DNA of 64,000 nt from Eledone cirrhosa (taxonomy: Eukaryota). The notes beneath the pieces are model-generated. The model was not told the origin of the DNA. It saw only the letters and a program-made list of their open reading frames with translations, and did not search any database. Where the stretch lies: positions 264,492,001 to 264,556,000 of the forward strand of contig OZ024741.1 in NCBI GenBank assembly GCA_964016885.1, read 5' to 3'. The stretch's first letter is position 1. Every line of letters starts with the position of its first letter. Position numbers and translations under genes: made by a program. Below are positions 1 through 12,751 of this stretch, in pieces.

Positions 1-225
1 TCTATCTATTTATAAGACTGTTTATATTGTATTTTGTCTGATGAAGGCATACCATATTTTTAATATGATATCCCTGAAATATATATAATGAAATAAATAT
101 GGTTTTATAAATATAGTTTCCATTTATTTAATATCGTAAATATACTCCAAATACTTGTTGAGTGCTTTTATATCAGTTATAAATATTTACTCGTTGTAAC
201 CCAACAATTTAAATAAAACTTTGCA
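1..225 (+). mobile_element. Penelope-like element 3' pseudo-LTR (family A), ends in (TA)n
   Basis: Same sequence family as 23431-23768, 44040-44275 and 51570-51838; contains a hammerhead core and terminates at a TA run. Confidence 0.75.
30..95 (+). ncRNA. Type I minimal hammerhead ribozyme (Penelope type)
   Basis: tattttgt-CTGATGA-stem II (aggcatacca..tgatatccct)-GAAA-tatata-TA-atgaaata; stem I pairs with G:U. Confidence 0.8.
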
Positions 226-273
226 TATATATATATATATTATTATTATGTAATAAACAACATAAGGCAATTA

Positions 274-333
274 TTCCATTTACCAGTGGTTTCTTAAAAG
301 CAAAAGGTTTTGCTTTCAATCCTCAGAATGAAA
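274..333 (-). ncRNA. Type I hammerhead ribozyme (another Penelope family)
   Basis: Minus strand: ttcatt-CTGAGGA-ttgaaagcaaaa/ttttgcttttaa stem II-GAAA-ccactgg-TA-aatgga. Confidence 0.75.
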
Positions 334-519
334 AAATCCTGGTTTGTTTATTGAATTTGGATTATAAAAACAAAAATGCAATCTATATGAAAGTGAGGCT
401 GGAGAAGGGAGAAGGAAAGGAAAAATAAAATAAAACTACACATGCAAACACACACAAAAAAACCCAAAAGCATACTTACACACACATACATATATACATA
501 TATATATATGTACGCATAC

Positions 520-1599
520 ATAGCCAATTGGAAAAGATATCTAGACGACTGCTTTATCCTATGGCAAGAAGACATGAACTCACTTACTACGTTTAAAAAC
601 ATGATAAACAACATAGATAATAACATACAATTCACAATGGAATCCAATCCTAAGGAATTAGCCTTCTTGGATATTCTCATCTCTGTAATAGACGGGAAAT
701 TAGATACAGATATATTCTATAAACCCACAGATTCCAAGCAATACCTCTTTTTCACATCAAGTCACCCAAAACATACAAAACTTAACATTCCTTACAATTT
801 GGCCAAACGTATATGTACCATAGTATCAGATCCACCTAAACGGGAGCAAAGACTAAAGGAACTAAAAGACACCCTTATCTTAAGAGCCTTTCCACTTGAA
901 ATAATCAACAATGGAATAGACAGGGCAAAACACCTAAATCCCCATCAACTTAACAATCCAAAACAGAAAACCACACTCAACACCCTGCCATATGTATCCA
1001 CTTTCAACCCCAGAAATACCGAAATGTTTGATCACCTACACAAAAACCTCCCCATCCTACTTAAAGATGTAAAAATGAAGTCTATTCTTGAAACACACAA
1101 GATCCTTAAAAGTAAAAGACAACCCAAATCACTTAAACGCATTCTCACTGGACCAAATATACCCAAACCAATCCTCAACCCTACAGTTACCAAATGTGGT
1201 AGAACAAACTGTGGAACGTGCCTCTACCTCACTGAAGGACAAACATTTACATTCAAAGATGGCCAAACATTTACAGTAAAAAACAATTTCACCTGCAACT
1301 CGGAGAACTTGATTTACGCAATAACTTGCGGTGGGTGCAAACACAACTACATAGGACAGACGGGCACCTCATTACGCAAAAGAATGACCATCCACCGCCA
1401 ACAAATCCGGGACGCTAACACAAGAAAAATCCCCTTGAGCAGCCATATTGCGAACTGCGCAGGAATGACACTACCCAACTTTAAAATCTTCCCCTTCTAC
1501 AAGTGCTCAGATTCGTTCACACAGCAACAAAGAATAAACAAAGAAAATCTATTCCTTAACAAATTTAAACCAAAACTAAACGGGTTATCACCCCAATAG
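520..1599 (+). mobile_element. 5'-truncated Penelope-like ORF: RT C-terminus plus GIY-YIG endonuclease
   Basis: WKRYLDDCF (RT YxDD), FLD, FYKPTD..YL..S.HP, CxxxxCxxC linker, NLIYAITC..C..NYIGQT..R...H. The first ~26 codons of ORF 442-1599 are microsatellite read-through. Confidence 0.92.
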
Positions 1600-1884
1600 A
1601 ATTGTCATAAAATATAAACACACATACGCACGGAATCACTACTATTAAAGACCAGAGACCAATTCTGTAGAATCAGGTTTATTCATTGACAGACCATGCC
1701 TTTGTGTGACCAACACATCCATGTTAAACCCTGCACGTGCACACACATATATCTATATATATATGCGCACACAGAATTCACCACTGTCGGTTGCGGGGCC
1801 CAATCTACATGAAGAACTCAATGTGATCAGAATGACTTGTATTTTAATTTCACTGCCCCAACTTCTTATATTATGGAAAAAATA

Positions 1885-2177
1885 TATGTGTCTGTATGTA
1901 TATATATATATATATATTTGAAGGCCATTTCTCTGTGTGTGGGTGTATGTATGTGTATATGTGTGTGTGTGTGTATGTGTGTGTATGTATTGTGTGTGCG
2001 TGTGTGTGTATGTATGTGGGTATCTGGATGTATGCGTATGTGTATATATATATATATATATGCGTGTGTGTGTGTGTGTGTGTGTATGTGTGTGTATATA
2101 TATGTGTGTGTGTGTGTGTGTATGTTTGTATGTGTGTATGTATATATATATGTGTGTGTGTGTGTATGTATGTGTGG

Positions 2178-2209
<32 letters not shown>

Positions 2210-2262
2210 GTGTGTGTGTGTGTATGTATGTGTGTATCTGGATGTATGTGTATGTATATATA

Positions 2263-2309
<47 letters not shown>

Positions 2310-2460
2310 ATGTGTATATATATATGTGTGTGTGTGTATGTGTGTATGTATATGTATGTGTGTGTGTATGTATGTGTGTATATGTATATATATATATATA
2401 TATATGTATATGTATATGTATATGTATGTATGTGTGGATGAAGGTATGTGTGTATATATA
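1885..2460. repeat. Compound (TG)n/(TA)n/(TATG)n microsatellite
   Basis: Directly visible; source of the spurious VC/YI/HT ORFs. Confidence 0.95.
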
Positions 2461-2765
2461 GGTGTAAGTGCACTAAATCCCTTTCTATCACGCTCCACTC
2501 TCCTACCCATCACAGGAAGATATGTGTATGTATATTGCTTCCACCCCCTCACTGACCAGCAGCTGGCGATTGCTAAATCTGACCTTTATAAAATAACCCA
2601 CACCCCAAATAACTTCTCATTCACTACCAGAAAGGGACACAGCAGTCAACCTGTTGTTGCTACCAAGATGAAAACTGCTATGAAATCCCACAATGAATTT
2701 TATACTTGAATTTTCAAGTCTCAAATTTTAACTCTTCGTATTATTAATTTTTCTTAATATTAATC

Positions 2766-2913
2766 AACATTTGAAAAGATGGCTTTTGCAGACCCATCGA
2801 AACCGGTCATTTTTTATACCCTTTATTATTTCCTTACCTTATAAAATTATGTTTTTTCACAAAAAAGTATTCTGTCTCTTATATATTCCATGTGCCATTA
2901 CCAACCTCAATTT

Positions 2914-2915
<2 letters not shown>
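2766..2915 (+). mobile_element. Probable 3' pLTR of the 520-1599 Penelope, with a variant hammerhead-like core
   Basis: TTGAAAA-gatgg..ccatc-GAAA-ccgg-TC followed by an AT-rich tail ending in (TC)n(TA)n. Confidence 0.5.
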
Positions 2916-2946
<31 letters not shown>

Positions 2947-3447
2947 TAATGTAAGTATGTATGTATACGTACATACATATATGTATACAGACGTACAGTA
3001 GCATGTATATATATATACATACAAGCACTCATATATATATGCACGTATCAGTTTACTGAACATTTATTATAAATTATGGTTGAACGTCCGAAAGTATGTA
3101 CTTTCGGACGTTCAACCATCTGGCAGAAAGGTATACGGTGCTGACGATAGCTAATAAGCTTGAAACTAGTACATCGTTCCTGTGTCAGTGTTGAACAAAA
3201 AGGTGACGTGGTTGCCTAAACACTGTACGGCGTAATTCAGGCTGTTTGTTTGTTTACAAACGAACAAACCGAGCATTATAATAAATGTTCTGTAAACTGA
3301 TACGTGCATATATATATGTGTGCCTGTATGTATATATATACATGCTACTGTACGTCTGTATGCATATATGTATGTACGTATACATACTTACATTTAAGTA
3401 AGTGCCGTACTAAGAGTGAGAAATGAAATTTCGTTTCATTCTATTCC

Positions 3448-3450
<3 letters not shown>
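2947..3450 (+). mobile_element. Non-autonomous Penelope pLTR/retrozyme-like element (family B) with inverted 5' part
   Basis: 2947-3071 is the reverse complement of 3276-3396; 21-bp hairpin at 3076-3119; hammerhead at 3135-3177; homologous to 55270-55837. Confidence 0.75.
3135..3177 (+). ncRNA. Type I minimal hammerhead ribozyme
   Basis: acggtg-CTGACGA-agct/agct stem II-GAAA-ctag-TA-catcgt. Confidence 0.82.
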
Positions 3451-3488
<38 letters not shown>

Positions 3489-3819
3489 ACAACTTCCGTG
3501 CAGATGCACCTTTCAAATTCCATTCTCAAAGAATTGGTTAAGCTAAATTTAGAGTCGAAAACATTTCCTCGAGATAGGATAGAACCCTGGAACTTATTAG
3601 TTGCGAAGGGAACTTCTTAAATTGATCGATGCTATGGTATGGACGTATGGACCCTTAACATTCGAAGGAAACTTCGGGGCGCTATATTGACATACAGCGT
3701 TTCTTATGGTATTTTTAAAACCTGGTGGGGCCAATCCGTTCAAGAGTCCAGAGAAGGTTAGAAAGTGCGAGAGAGAAAGTGGGAAAGAGATCTAGGCAAA
3801 GAATCGACATGAATACTCG

Positions 3820-3945
3820 TTCGGTAATTTTTTATCGACCTTGAATGGATGAAAGGCAAAGTTGATCTCGGCGGGGTTTGAACTCTGAGAGAAGAGAGAT
3901 GGAACGAATGCCGCAAATCATTTTAACTGACGTTCTAACGAGTGA
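3820..3945 (-). mobile_element. tRNA-derived SINE copy
   Basis: Reverse complement of the GAGTTCAAA..CCGCCGAG..CTTTGCCTTTCATCC..GGTCGATAAAA core seen at 53054-54855. Confidence 0.7.
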
Positions 3946-4066
3946 ACAAGCAAAGGTAAAAAGGTAAAAGAGGGAGACTGCTTTGTAATTTATTTCTAGT
4001 ATTTTATATTCGCAAGTTTCAGTTTCCTAAATGTGTTAAATTATTCAGTTCATTGTTCAGTTAATT

Positions 4067-4114
<48 letters not shown>

Positions 4115-4424
4115 CCTCTCACACACACACACACACACATGCACACGCACACACACGGACGGACGGGCGGGCAGGCAGGCAGGCAGGCAGATTTCTGTTT
4201 ATTTGCCACGAGGGCACAAAAGAAAGGGACACATACATGGAGGGGGGGGGGGAGTACATAGAAACCGAGTAAAAAAATGTAATAACAAATAAAATTATAA
4301 CAAAAAGGTCCTCAATGGGGAGGGATCGTTTTGGGGTCACACACACCCCCGAAAAAAAATGTGCGACCCTTCTTTACAGGAGCACAAAGAGAGGGTGCTC
4401 CCTTCTTCCTTCATCCTTTTCTAC

Positions 4425-7400
4425 CTACATGCTGAGGTAGAGAGAAAGCCCATTCACACGGGCCATTCTCGCAACTTTCACCCACCTTTCATAAAAGTGG
4501 CTGGAGTGGAGCACCTCTCTCTCCATCCTGATTCTTCCTCCGAAATGGTATCGGAAGAAAAGGACTAGTTGTTGGCCGGAAAGAAAGGTGCCCGACCTCA
4601 GCCCTTTTAGACGCGTCCACCATACAACCTCTTTTACCATGGTTATTACACAGAGGAAGACCGCCTCTCCTTCATTTTTGAAGGAGGGAGGCGGCTTGGT
4701 CTTTATAATGGACTCAGTGGTCAACCTAATTGGTCCAACCCGTGACAGCAGTCGTTCAACATAGCCCCACAGATCGGCAACGCCCGGGCAGTGCACCAAT
4801 GCGTGCGTGATGGTTTCCTCGTCGCGCACGCATCTGGGACAGATCTTTTTCGAGAGGTCCCTAATCGGGCGGCCGTGTCTGTAGAGCTTATCCCGAACGG
4901 GCAGAGCCCGTCGGTAGCACTGCCAGGCCAAGGACTTCTGGAAGTTGTCCATAGGTCCCGGGCCGAAAGTCCTACCGAATAGACTGGCCAGTTCGTCCCC
5001 CTCCATGCCTAGGGTTTCTCCAAGGGCGTCGTCGCACGTGCTAACCACCAGCCCTCTGTAGAATGACGAGGTGGAGTCTCCACCGATAGCCGGGTCCGCC
5101 TGCCAGAGAGCCGTGAGCGCCTGTGCACACTCGGTGTGCTAGTCGCCCAATTTTCTCGGTTTTTGCTTCACCCAGGATTGTAGCTCGGTGAGCGAGACGA
5201 GCCTCGGGAAGGCTCGCCTCACAAACGGGGCCCACACCGGTTGACCGGTGAGGAATACCTGAAGGTGCCGTAGCCTCAATGCGTGTTTACGCATTTTTAG
5301 CCACGGCATCCCCAGCCCTCCTTTCAAAGGGTGTTGACAGCAGATGGATCTCCTCACAGAGGAGACCTCTTCTTCCAAAGGAATTGAAAGAGAGCGCACT
5401 CCATTTTGGCGAGGAACTCACCCGGGAAAGGCACGACAGTCAAACGGTAATAGATGACGGACGCTATGTAAGCGTTCGCCACCTCCGCCCGACCTTTCAG
5501 GGATAGTTTGCACTCGGCCCACTTCAGGGTCAGTGCAAACACCCTATTCGTAACCTTATCCCAGTTTTTCTACACCTGGAGGTCCGGTCCTAACCAGACC
5601 CCAAGCAACTTCACCGGGCACTCCGCCCACCTTCCGACGATACCGTCGGACGGCATCGGTTTGCCCCACCACTCGCCGAGTTGCAAAGCGACTGACTTGT
5701 CCCGATTCAGCTTAGCCCCTGTCAACCTTTCGTACTCCTCCAGTAGGGTGCTGATTGCCCCTATTTCCGAGGTGGTCGACACCATTACCGTTACGTCATC
5801 GTCGTAGGCCGACACCCCTTTGCGCAATCCTGGTTCCAAAGGTATACCCTGCAACAACTCCAACTTCCGCAGTAGTGGCTCGAGAGCCAATACATACAGA
5901 AGGGAGGAGAGAGGGCACCCCTGTCGGATGGAGCGGGTGATTTCGAACGGCTCCGAGAGGTAGCCGTTCACCTTGACTCTAGAGCAGATGCGGCTACTAT
6001 GCATGGGTGTGATCCAGCCCCTGAAAACGGGTCCGAAACCAGCCGCCGCTAGCACCGCATCCAGGTAATCATGGTCCACCCTATCGAAAGCTTTAGACTG
6101 ATCTAAATTGATCAGGGTCCCACCAAAGCCGGATTCGTTCCCAACCCTCTCTATGATGTATCGCATGAGGTGGAGGTTGTCGTGGATGGACCTGGACGGG
6201 ATAGTGCATGTCTGCTCATCTCCCACCAGGCCTCCCACGACAAGCGCCAGCCTCTTCGCTAACACCTTGGCTAAAATCTTTAACTCCGCATTTAGCAGAG
6301 TTATGGGCCTAAAATTACTAATGTCATCCCCCTTGTTCTCGTCCTTCCTCACTAGCGAGACTACGCCCTTGGTCACAGAACATGGAATTCTCCCGTTTTG
6401 TTGCCAGTTGCAGTAGACCGCCTCGAGGAGATCGGGGAACAAGTCCGGCATATTAATATATAGTTCGTAGGGCAGACCATCGAGGCCTGGAGATTTGCGT
6501 TTGCCGCATAGGCAGCTGAGATCGGCCTGCCGCAGGACCTCGCCTCCCGTCCGAAAGACGCGGCAGGCCGTCGAGGTATGGACCGAAATCCCCATCCCCA
6601 ACTGCCCCCCCCCCCCTCCCCTCCCGAACAATCGGGCAAAGACCTCGCCCATTTGCTTAGGTTCAAGGATCACCTGTCCATCCTGGTCTCGCAAAGACCG
6701 GATAGTGGATCTAATCCCACTTTTGGCTTCTGTCACGCAGGCCCAGCTAACAGCTTTGGCCCCCTCGTTTCCCAAAGCACGTATTTGGCTTCGGACAACG
6801 CAGCCTTCGTATTTCGCGTCGAAGAACTGGCTCAAGGCCGTTCTCGACGATTGCACTCTGGCCACGTTGCCGCTTCTAATTGCCTCTTCAACATTAACTA
6901 CCAACTCCCTTTCCTTCCTATTTCTATCTGAGGCTAACTCCTTACTAACTCCTATTGAAACTACTCTAATCTCTCTTTTCAGAGAGCCCCACCACCTGCT
7001 ATTGACGATGGCGCCCGTCAACCGCTCCTTAACTAAGATTCTAATCCGGTCCCTGTAAGCTTTACTTGTCGGTAAGGACAAGTTGAGCTTCCAGTAACCG
7101 GGTCCCTGCCTATGCATTCTATCAAGATGGACTATGCAGGTCACTAACTTGTGGTCTGAATAGCCAACCATGAGCATTTCTGAACAAATTAAAAAGTTCC
7201 TATCCTTAATTCTAACTAAGAACCTATCTAGGTACGATCTAGATTGACCGCTATGGTTTGTCCAAGTCCAGGTTGGCACAGTAGGAAAATCTAGTCGATA
7301 TCTATCGGCCAGGTCAAACCGGCCGATTAAACCCTTGAGGTTGTTACAGCCCCTCCCCTCTATCGGGACATGCCCCTACATAGTCCCAACTTGCATCTAG

Positions 7401-7835
7401 GATACTGTTCCAGTCCCCCACTAAAAACAAGGAGCGGAACGTCCCTAGAAATTTCTCCAGACGATGGAAGAAGTCCGGCCGCATTGCCCCAAAAGGGGCG
7501 TATACGGCGACCAGCCTAAAAGCTTCGCCTTCACCACTGCCAAGGTCCAGAACCTCTAGTCGACCCTCCGGGCCCAAGTGTACCGTCTGTGTAGCGAGAC
7601 CCAGATGTTTTTGCAGCAGAACGACAACCCCACCCCTACCTCCGGGCTGACAGAGAGATGCGTGCATCTCAAAGTCATCAAAGGTGGGGGCTAGTTGTCG
7701 CACGTTGCTGAACCGGGCCTCGCAAATAACCATCACATTTATACATCGTGACCTGAGGTCATTTAGAAGTTTAGCTTGCTTCCAAGGTGAGCCCAGGCCA
7801 CGCGCATTTAGACAACCTACTCTTAACACAGCCAT
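4425..7835 (-). pseudogene. Tx1 ORF2 pseudogene (APE-RT-zf)
   Basis: Pieces 7344-7835 (GCLNARGL, GDWN), 5570-7279 (SDH, SPGLDG, RPITLLN, DQSKAFD, RQGCPLS, YDDD instead of YADD), 4425-5048 (CPRC..H...C); colinear with intact ORF2, several frameshifts and stops. Confidence 0.92.
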
Positions 7836-7858
7836 GTTGGTGGTAAAGAGAGAGGCAC

Positions 7859-9510
7859 TTACCTCTCTGCGTCCCTGGGTCCGGGCTGTTCAGTTTCCAT
7901 GGGGGTGGTGGAGGGGTTGTTGGGTGGGGTGGTGGTTTGTGGTGGTGTGGGGGTATTAGTGTGTGGAGGGGTTGGGTGTTTGGAGTTGTGTGGGTGTTTG
8001 AGGAGGGGAGGGGAAACCTTTCAGGAGGACGCGGTTGAGTGGCCTGGTGCAGGGTGGCCCCACGTCCTCAGGGTAAATGTTTTTCAATGTTTTAAAAATG
8101 TCAAGTAGGATCTTCACCATTTTCAGGTTAGGGAGTCCCGTTGCCATTGTAAAATTCGGCTCTTCGGTTTGTACCAAAGGGTTATTGTTTATTTTGTCTG
8201 CTAAGTTTGTATTGTTTTTGTTTATGTATGTGTTAAGTTTTTGTGTTGTTGTGTTTGTTTTTGTTTGTTGTTCTTGAGTGTGCTTGCGTTTTGTTGTATG
8301 TGTTGTGTTGTCAGGTGGGGTTATTTTTGTTTGTGTTTTGTGTGTACGTTTTTTTCTTTTGACTTTTTGGAAGGGAGCCTCCTCGTCTTCCGAGGATATG
8401 AGCTCCTCTTCCGTATTGGAGGGGAGGGGTATATTACCAGGTTGTGTTTGCACTGCGTGTGTTTTTGTATTTTTGTTCTGAGGAGAGGGGCTGGGTGGGA
8501 CCGTGTTTTGGGTTGTTTTCTTGAGCTGTTGTTGTTGATGTTGTTGTTGTGGTGGTTGTGGTGATGTTGGTGGTGTTATTGTTTGTGGTGTTTGTAATAA
8601 TGGTTTCTTTTTTATCAGTTGAGGGCATGCAACTCTCAAGTAACCTCTGCTTGCGCAGTGGTAACACGCGGGTCGCCTACCCTCAACTGAAATATTTATG
8701 TAGGTCTCTCCATCTAAATGAATTCTCTGTGGGATCTTCACTATCCTTTCTGGGCTCATCTACGCTGGTCCCACTTTCCAACCGAGATTACAATGTCTTG
8801 GTCAAAGTCTAAAACGCCTCAAAGTAGCCACCAAGTGTCTACTTTAGGTCTTATGCAATTGAATTTTATTTTTTGAGACCTTCTCATTTAAGACGGGAAA
8901 AAGGTGAAGTGGGTGGATACAATGGGCGCAATGGAATGTTTTTGCGCCGGTTCTTGATCCTTCATAAGCACCGAGATGCTACCGAAGAGTTTGCCTTTTT
9001 GAATAAACAAAATACTTTCCATTTGGTTCCTTAAAACCAACTCTATCTCACTCTGAGACGGTTGTACTGTTTTTTTTTGTAGCATTCGAGATTGTCCTGA
9101 ACACCACCGTGCTCGTGGCAATTTCTCTTTTTATTTCTTCTGGGGAATTAATGCTGAATGAACCATCGGGTTCGAAAGTCACATACCTTTTTGCTTCTTC
9201 CAACTTTTGCTTTGCGTTGGTTAAATCCAAAGGTAGGAACACTTGTGGTTTTTTTTACAGTTTCCGCAAAGGAAATTTTGTTGTCGTTGTCTTTCTTGTT
9301 ATTGTTGTTGTTGTCGCTGTTCACTTTGGTGTTCGTATTGGTATCAATAATTTTTCCGTTGCTGGTATTATTTCCAATTTTTCTTTTTTCGGTTGTTGTC
9401 TGTTGTTCCTTATTAACGCTTTTCGTTAAAGGAAGGGGGGGGGAGCTGGGTACTTTGTGCTTTCATTTTTCCTCGAAGATTTTTTTTTTCTTTGGGGAGC
9501 GTGGCACCAT
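7859..9510 (-). pseudogene. Tx1 ORF1 pseudogene (CCHC knuckle)
   Basis: Fragments RTISN..IQKGKLFGSISVL, EGRRPACYHCASRGYLRVAC and YPEDVG..LLKGFP match the intact ORF1; ends PMETEQPGPRDAER*. Confidence 0.8.
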
Positions 9511-10056
9511 GACTTGTATTAATCCCGTCCATTACTACAAGCTGAGTTCACAAAATTGTAAGAAGACAACTTTCACCCCAAAAAGGGGCGAAAATAATAA
9601 TAACCCCAACGTCTGCAGGCCCAAACGAGGAGTTAAAGTATAACACAATAGAAAAATATATCCAAAAACTCACTCTTTACAAGGTAAAACCAATGTAAAA
9701 CACAGAGCTCGTTAATACACGTCTACCTCCGTCGACAGACAGCATATGTCTAAATCACCATAAAAAATATAAACAGCAGACAAAGAAAATACAATTGTTT
9801 CATTCTCTTGTGAATTGAGAAATTTCTTTTTCTGTTATTTATTTATTTATTTTTTTTGTCTGTTGTTTTTCATTTAGTGACATAATATATTGTGTATGCT
9901 GAACAACGGCATCACTCACGATACTGATAGCTGCAGGCCAAGGATGGAAACTAATAGAATTGAGTGTATATATATATATGATGACTGCAACTCGATTTCG
10001 ATTTACTTTGTTCTTAACTCTGTAGCGGAGATTCATTCGGTCTCCTAATTAGAATT

Positions 10057-10327
10057 TTAGTCTACGACTTCTGCTATACCATTTACGTGGTTTTGTCTTT
10101 GCGTGCTATTGTTCTCCACGCTCCACATATGACGTATTATCTTCGTTTTTTTCGTTCATTGCCAGAGAACGTCTCTATGAACCACCTAAGAGAACATTAG
10201 TCTACGACTTCTTTTATACCATAAACGTGGTTCTGTCTTTGCGCGTAATTGTTTTTCACCGCTCCTATTAATGACGTATTATATTCGTTTTTTCCCGTTC
10301 TTTGCCAGCGAACGTTTCTACGAACCA
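10057..10327. repeat. Diverged two-copy tandem duplication, ~140-bp period
   Basis: ttagtctacgacttc...gaacca at 10057 and 10197. Confidence 0.75.
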
Positions 10328-10479
10328 AAGTATCGTCTTCCTGTCTTCCTCCGGTTGCAACGTTTTTTGAAATATCCACTTCTGCGTTTACAGATTGACT
10401 TTGTTAGTTTCAGAAGATCCCGTTAAGGGTGAAAGCAGCGATTCTTTGCTTAAACTTTAATCTGTTATTTTAATAACTA

Positions 10480-10642
10480 TATATATATACTACTAAAACT
10501 CTGTGATTGTGTGCTTGTCTGTAATTTAATATAGCCAAAACGGCGCATAATGGGGAAATACTTTTAAATGGAATAAAACAAGTTTCGTGTAAATCGGAGC
10601 CGGGTTCCCGGGATACGGGTTTTTTCCGGGTACCTTCATAAA
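10480..10642 (-). repeat. Dispersed repeat, possibly a non-autonomous Helitron-like element; second copy at 45790-45990 (+)
   Basis: Shared ggtacccggaaaaaaccc..acagacaagca..ttttagta.tatatat sequence in opposite orientations; the class assignment is inference. Confidence 0.5.
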
Positions 10643-10727
10643 GAGAAAGAGAGAAAGAGATAGTGGTTGTGAGAGAGTAGATTGAAAGAGAGACATAAAA
10701 AGACAGAGAAGGAAAATGGAAGAGGGA

Positions 10728-10785
<58 letters not shown>

Positions 10786-10980
10786 AAGAGAGAACTGATG
10801 GTATTGTTGAATGAAGTTATAACAGGTGACTTCAAAGAGTCGAATACAGCATTACTGTATCTAACTCGAATTTGGTGACTGAATATTAAGTCATATGTAT
10901 CATATAACTTGTATTAGGACATGATGTGTGTAGCGAATATTTCCTGGTAAATAGGAAGGGTTTCTAAGTCTGTGTGTGTG

Positions 10981-11061
<81 letters not shown>

Positions 11062-11080
11062 GTTTGTGTGTGTGTATATA

Positions 11081-11119
<39 letters not shown>

Positions 11120-11184
11120 TGTATGTGTGTATGTGTGTGTGTCTGTGAACAGTATATATATATATATATACATACATACACACT

Positions 11185-11222
<38 letters not shown>

Positions 11223-11225
<3 letters not shown>

Positions 11226-11296
11226 GGTATTCCAAAAATGTATACACACTTCAACAACATTCTAATCAGCATGTATACATTTTTGGGGACACTCTG
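11223..11296. mobile_element. 74-bp Tc1/mariner-type mini-MITE in (TA)n
   Basis: TA-cagggtattccaaaaatgtataca ... tgtatacatttttggggacactctg-TA imperfect ~24-bp TIRs. Confidence 0.65.
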
Positions 11297-11361
11297 TATA
11301 TAGATATATAGACAGATACATAGACACGCGCACACACACACATATATATATAAACACACAT

Positions 11362-11396
<35 letters not shown>

Positions 11397-11412
11397 AACA
11401 CACACATATAAA

Positions 11413-11695
11413 TGGAGTCACTCCGTCGGTTACGACGACGAGTGTTCCAGTTGATACTATCAACAGAACAGCCTACTCGTGAAATTAACGTGCAGGTGGC
11501 TGAGCATCCCACAGACACGCGTACCCTTTACGTAGTTTTCAGGGAGATTCAGTGTGACACAGAATGTGACAAGGCTGACCGTTTGAATTACAGGTACAAC
11601 TCATTTTTGTCAACTGAGTTGCTCAAGGACACATCGCCCCGCCGGAAATCGAACTCAAGACCAACGATTGTGAGCCGAATACCCTAACCACGCAC
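11413..11695 (-). mobile_element. tRNA-derived SINE (second family)
   Basis: Minus strand A box TGGTTAGGG, B box GAGTTCGATT, followed by GTGTCCTTGAGCAA. Confidence 0.72.
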
Positions 11696-11698
11696 TTT

Positions 11699-11729
<31 letters not shown>

Positions 11730-11860
11730 GCAAACACAAACACGCACACACACATATATATATATACAAACGCACATACACATATACACACTCACATGCA
11801 CACACGGAGACAAGCACACAGGCACACACAAACATACACATAAATAAACACACACACACA

Positions 11861-11909
<49 letters not shown>

Positions 11910-12209
11910 ACACACTCACACACACATATACATAAATAAACACACGCACGAAAATATATATACTAACACACACGCGCACACATACACATATACAGAAACA
12001 TACAAACACGCACACATATATATGAACACACACACGCACATATATATGAACACACACACACACATATATACATATAAACACACACATATACACAGCCACT
12101 TTACTGTGAAACCAAATATTAAAAAACAATTTCTTCTCTCCTACAATTATTTGTTCACTCTCTCTCAAAATATTACCCGTCTCTTACCAAAATATTATAC
12201 TATTCTCAC

Positions 12210-12690
12210 CCTCTCTATATCACTACATGCTTCACTCTCACTAGACCAACATTCTCTCCCTCTCTCTCTCACTAAACAACCAAACTCTCTCCCTCTCTCT
12301 ATATCCGACTACATACCTCACTCTCTCACTCTCACCATTCCCACTCTCTCATTAAACCACAAAAATGATCTCCCCTCCCTCCTCTATGTACCACTACATA
12401 CCTCACTCTCTATCATTCTCACATTCTCACAATTCTCTCACTAAACCACGAAACTCTCTGCCACCCTATATATCCCACTACATACCTTACTCTCTCACAA
12501 TCCCCCCCTCTCTCTCTAAACCAACAAATTATCTCCCGCTCTCTATATCCCACTACATACCTCACTCTCTCTCATAATTCCCCCTCACTCACTAAACCAC
12601 TAATCTATCTCCTCCTCTCTAAATCCCACTACATATCTCACTCTCTCTCTCTCTCTCTCACAATTCCCCTTCTCTCACTACACTAGACCA
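12210..12690. repeat. Diverged CT-rich minisatellite, ~75-85 bp unit
   Basis: Recurring cactacatacctcactctct...ctaaaccac. Confidence 0.7.
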
Positions 12691-12693
12691 TCA

Positions 12694-12751
<58 letters not shown>

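Larger units (their letters stand above)
4191..9733 (-). mobile_element. Decayed full-length L1/Tx1-clade non-LTR retrotransposon (sister family of the array)
   Basis: 5' end gacggaggtagacgtgt..gagctc; ORF1 remnants; frameshifted ORF2; 3' end gccctcgtggcaaataaacagaaat followed by (CTGC)n. Confidence 0.92.
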
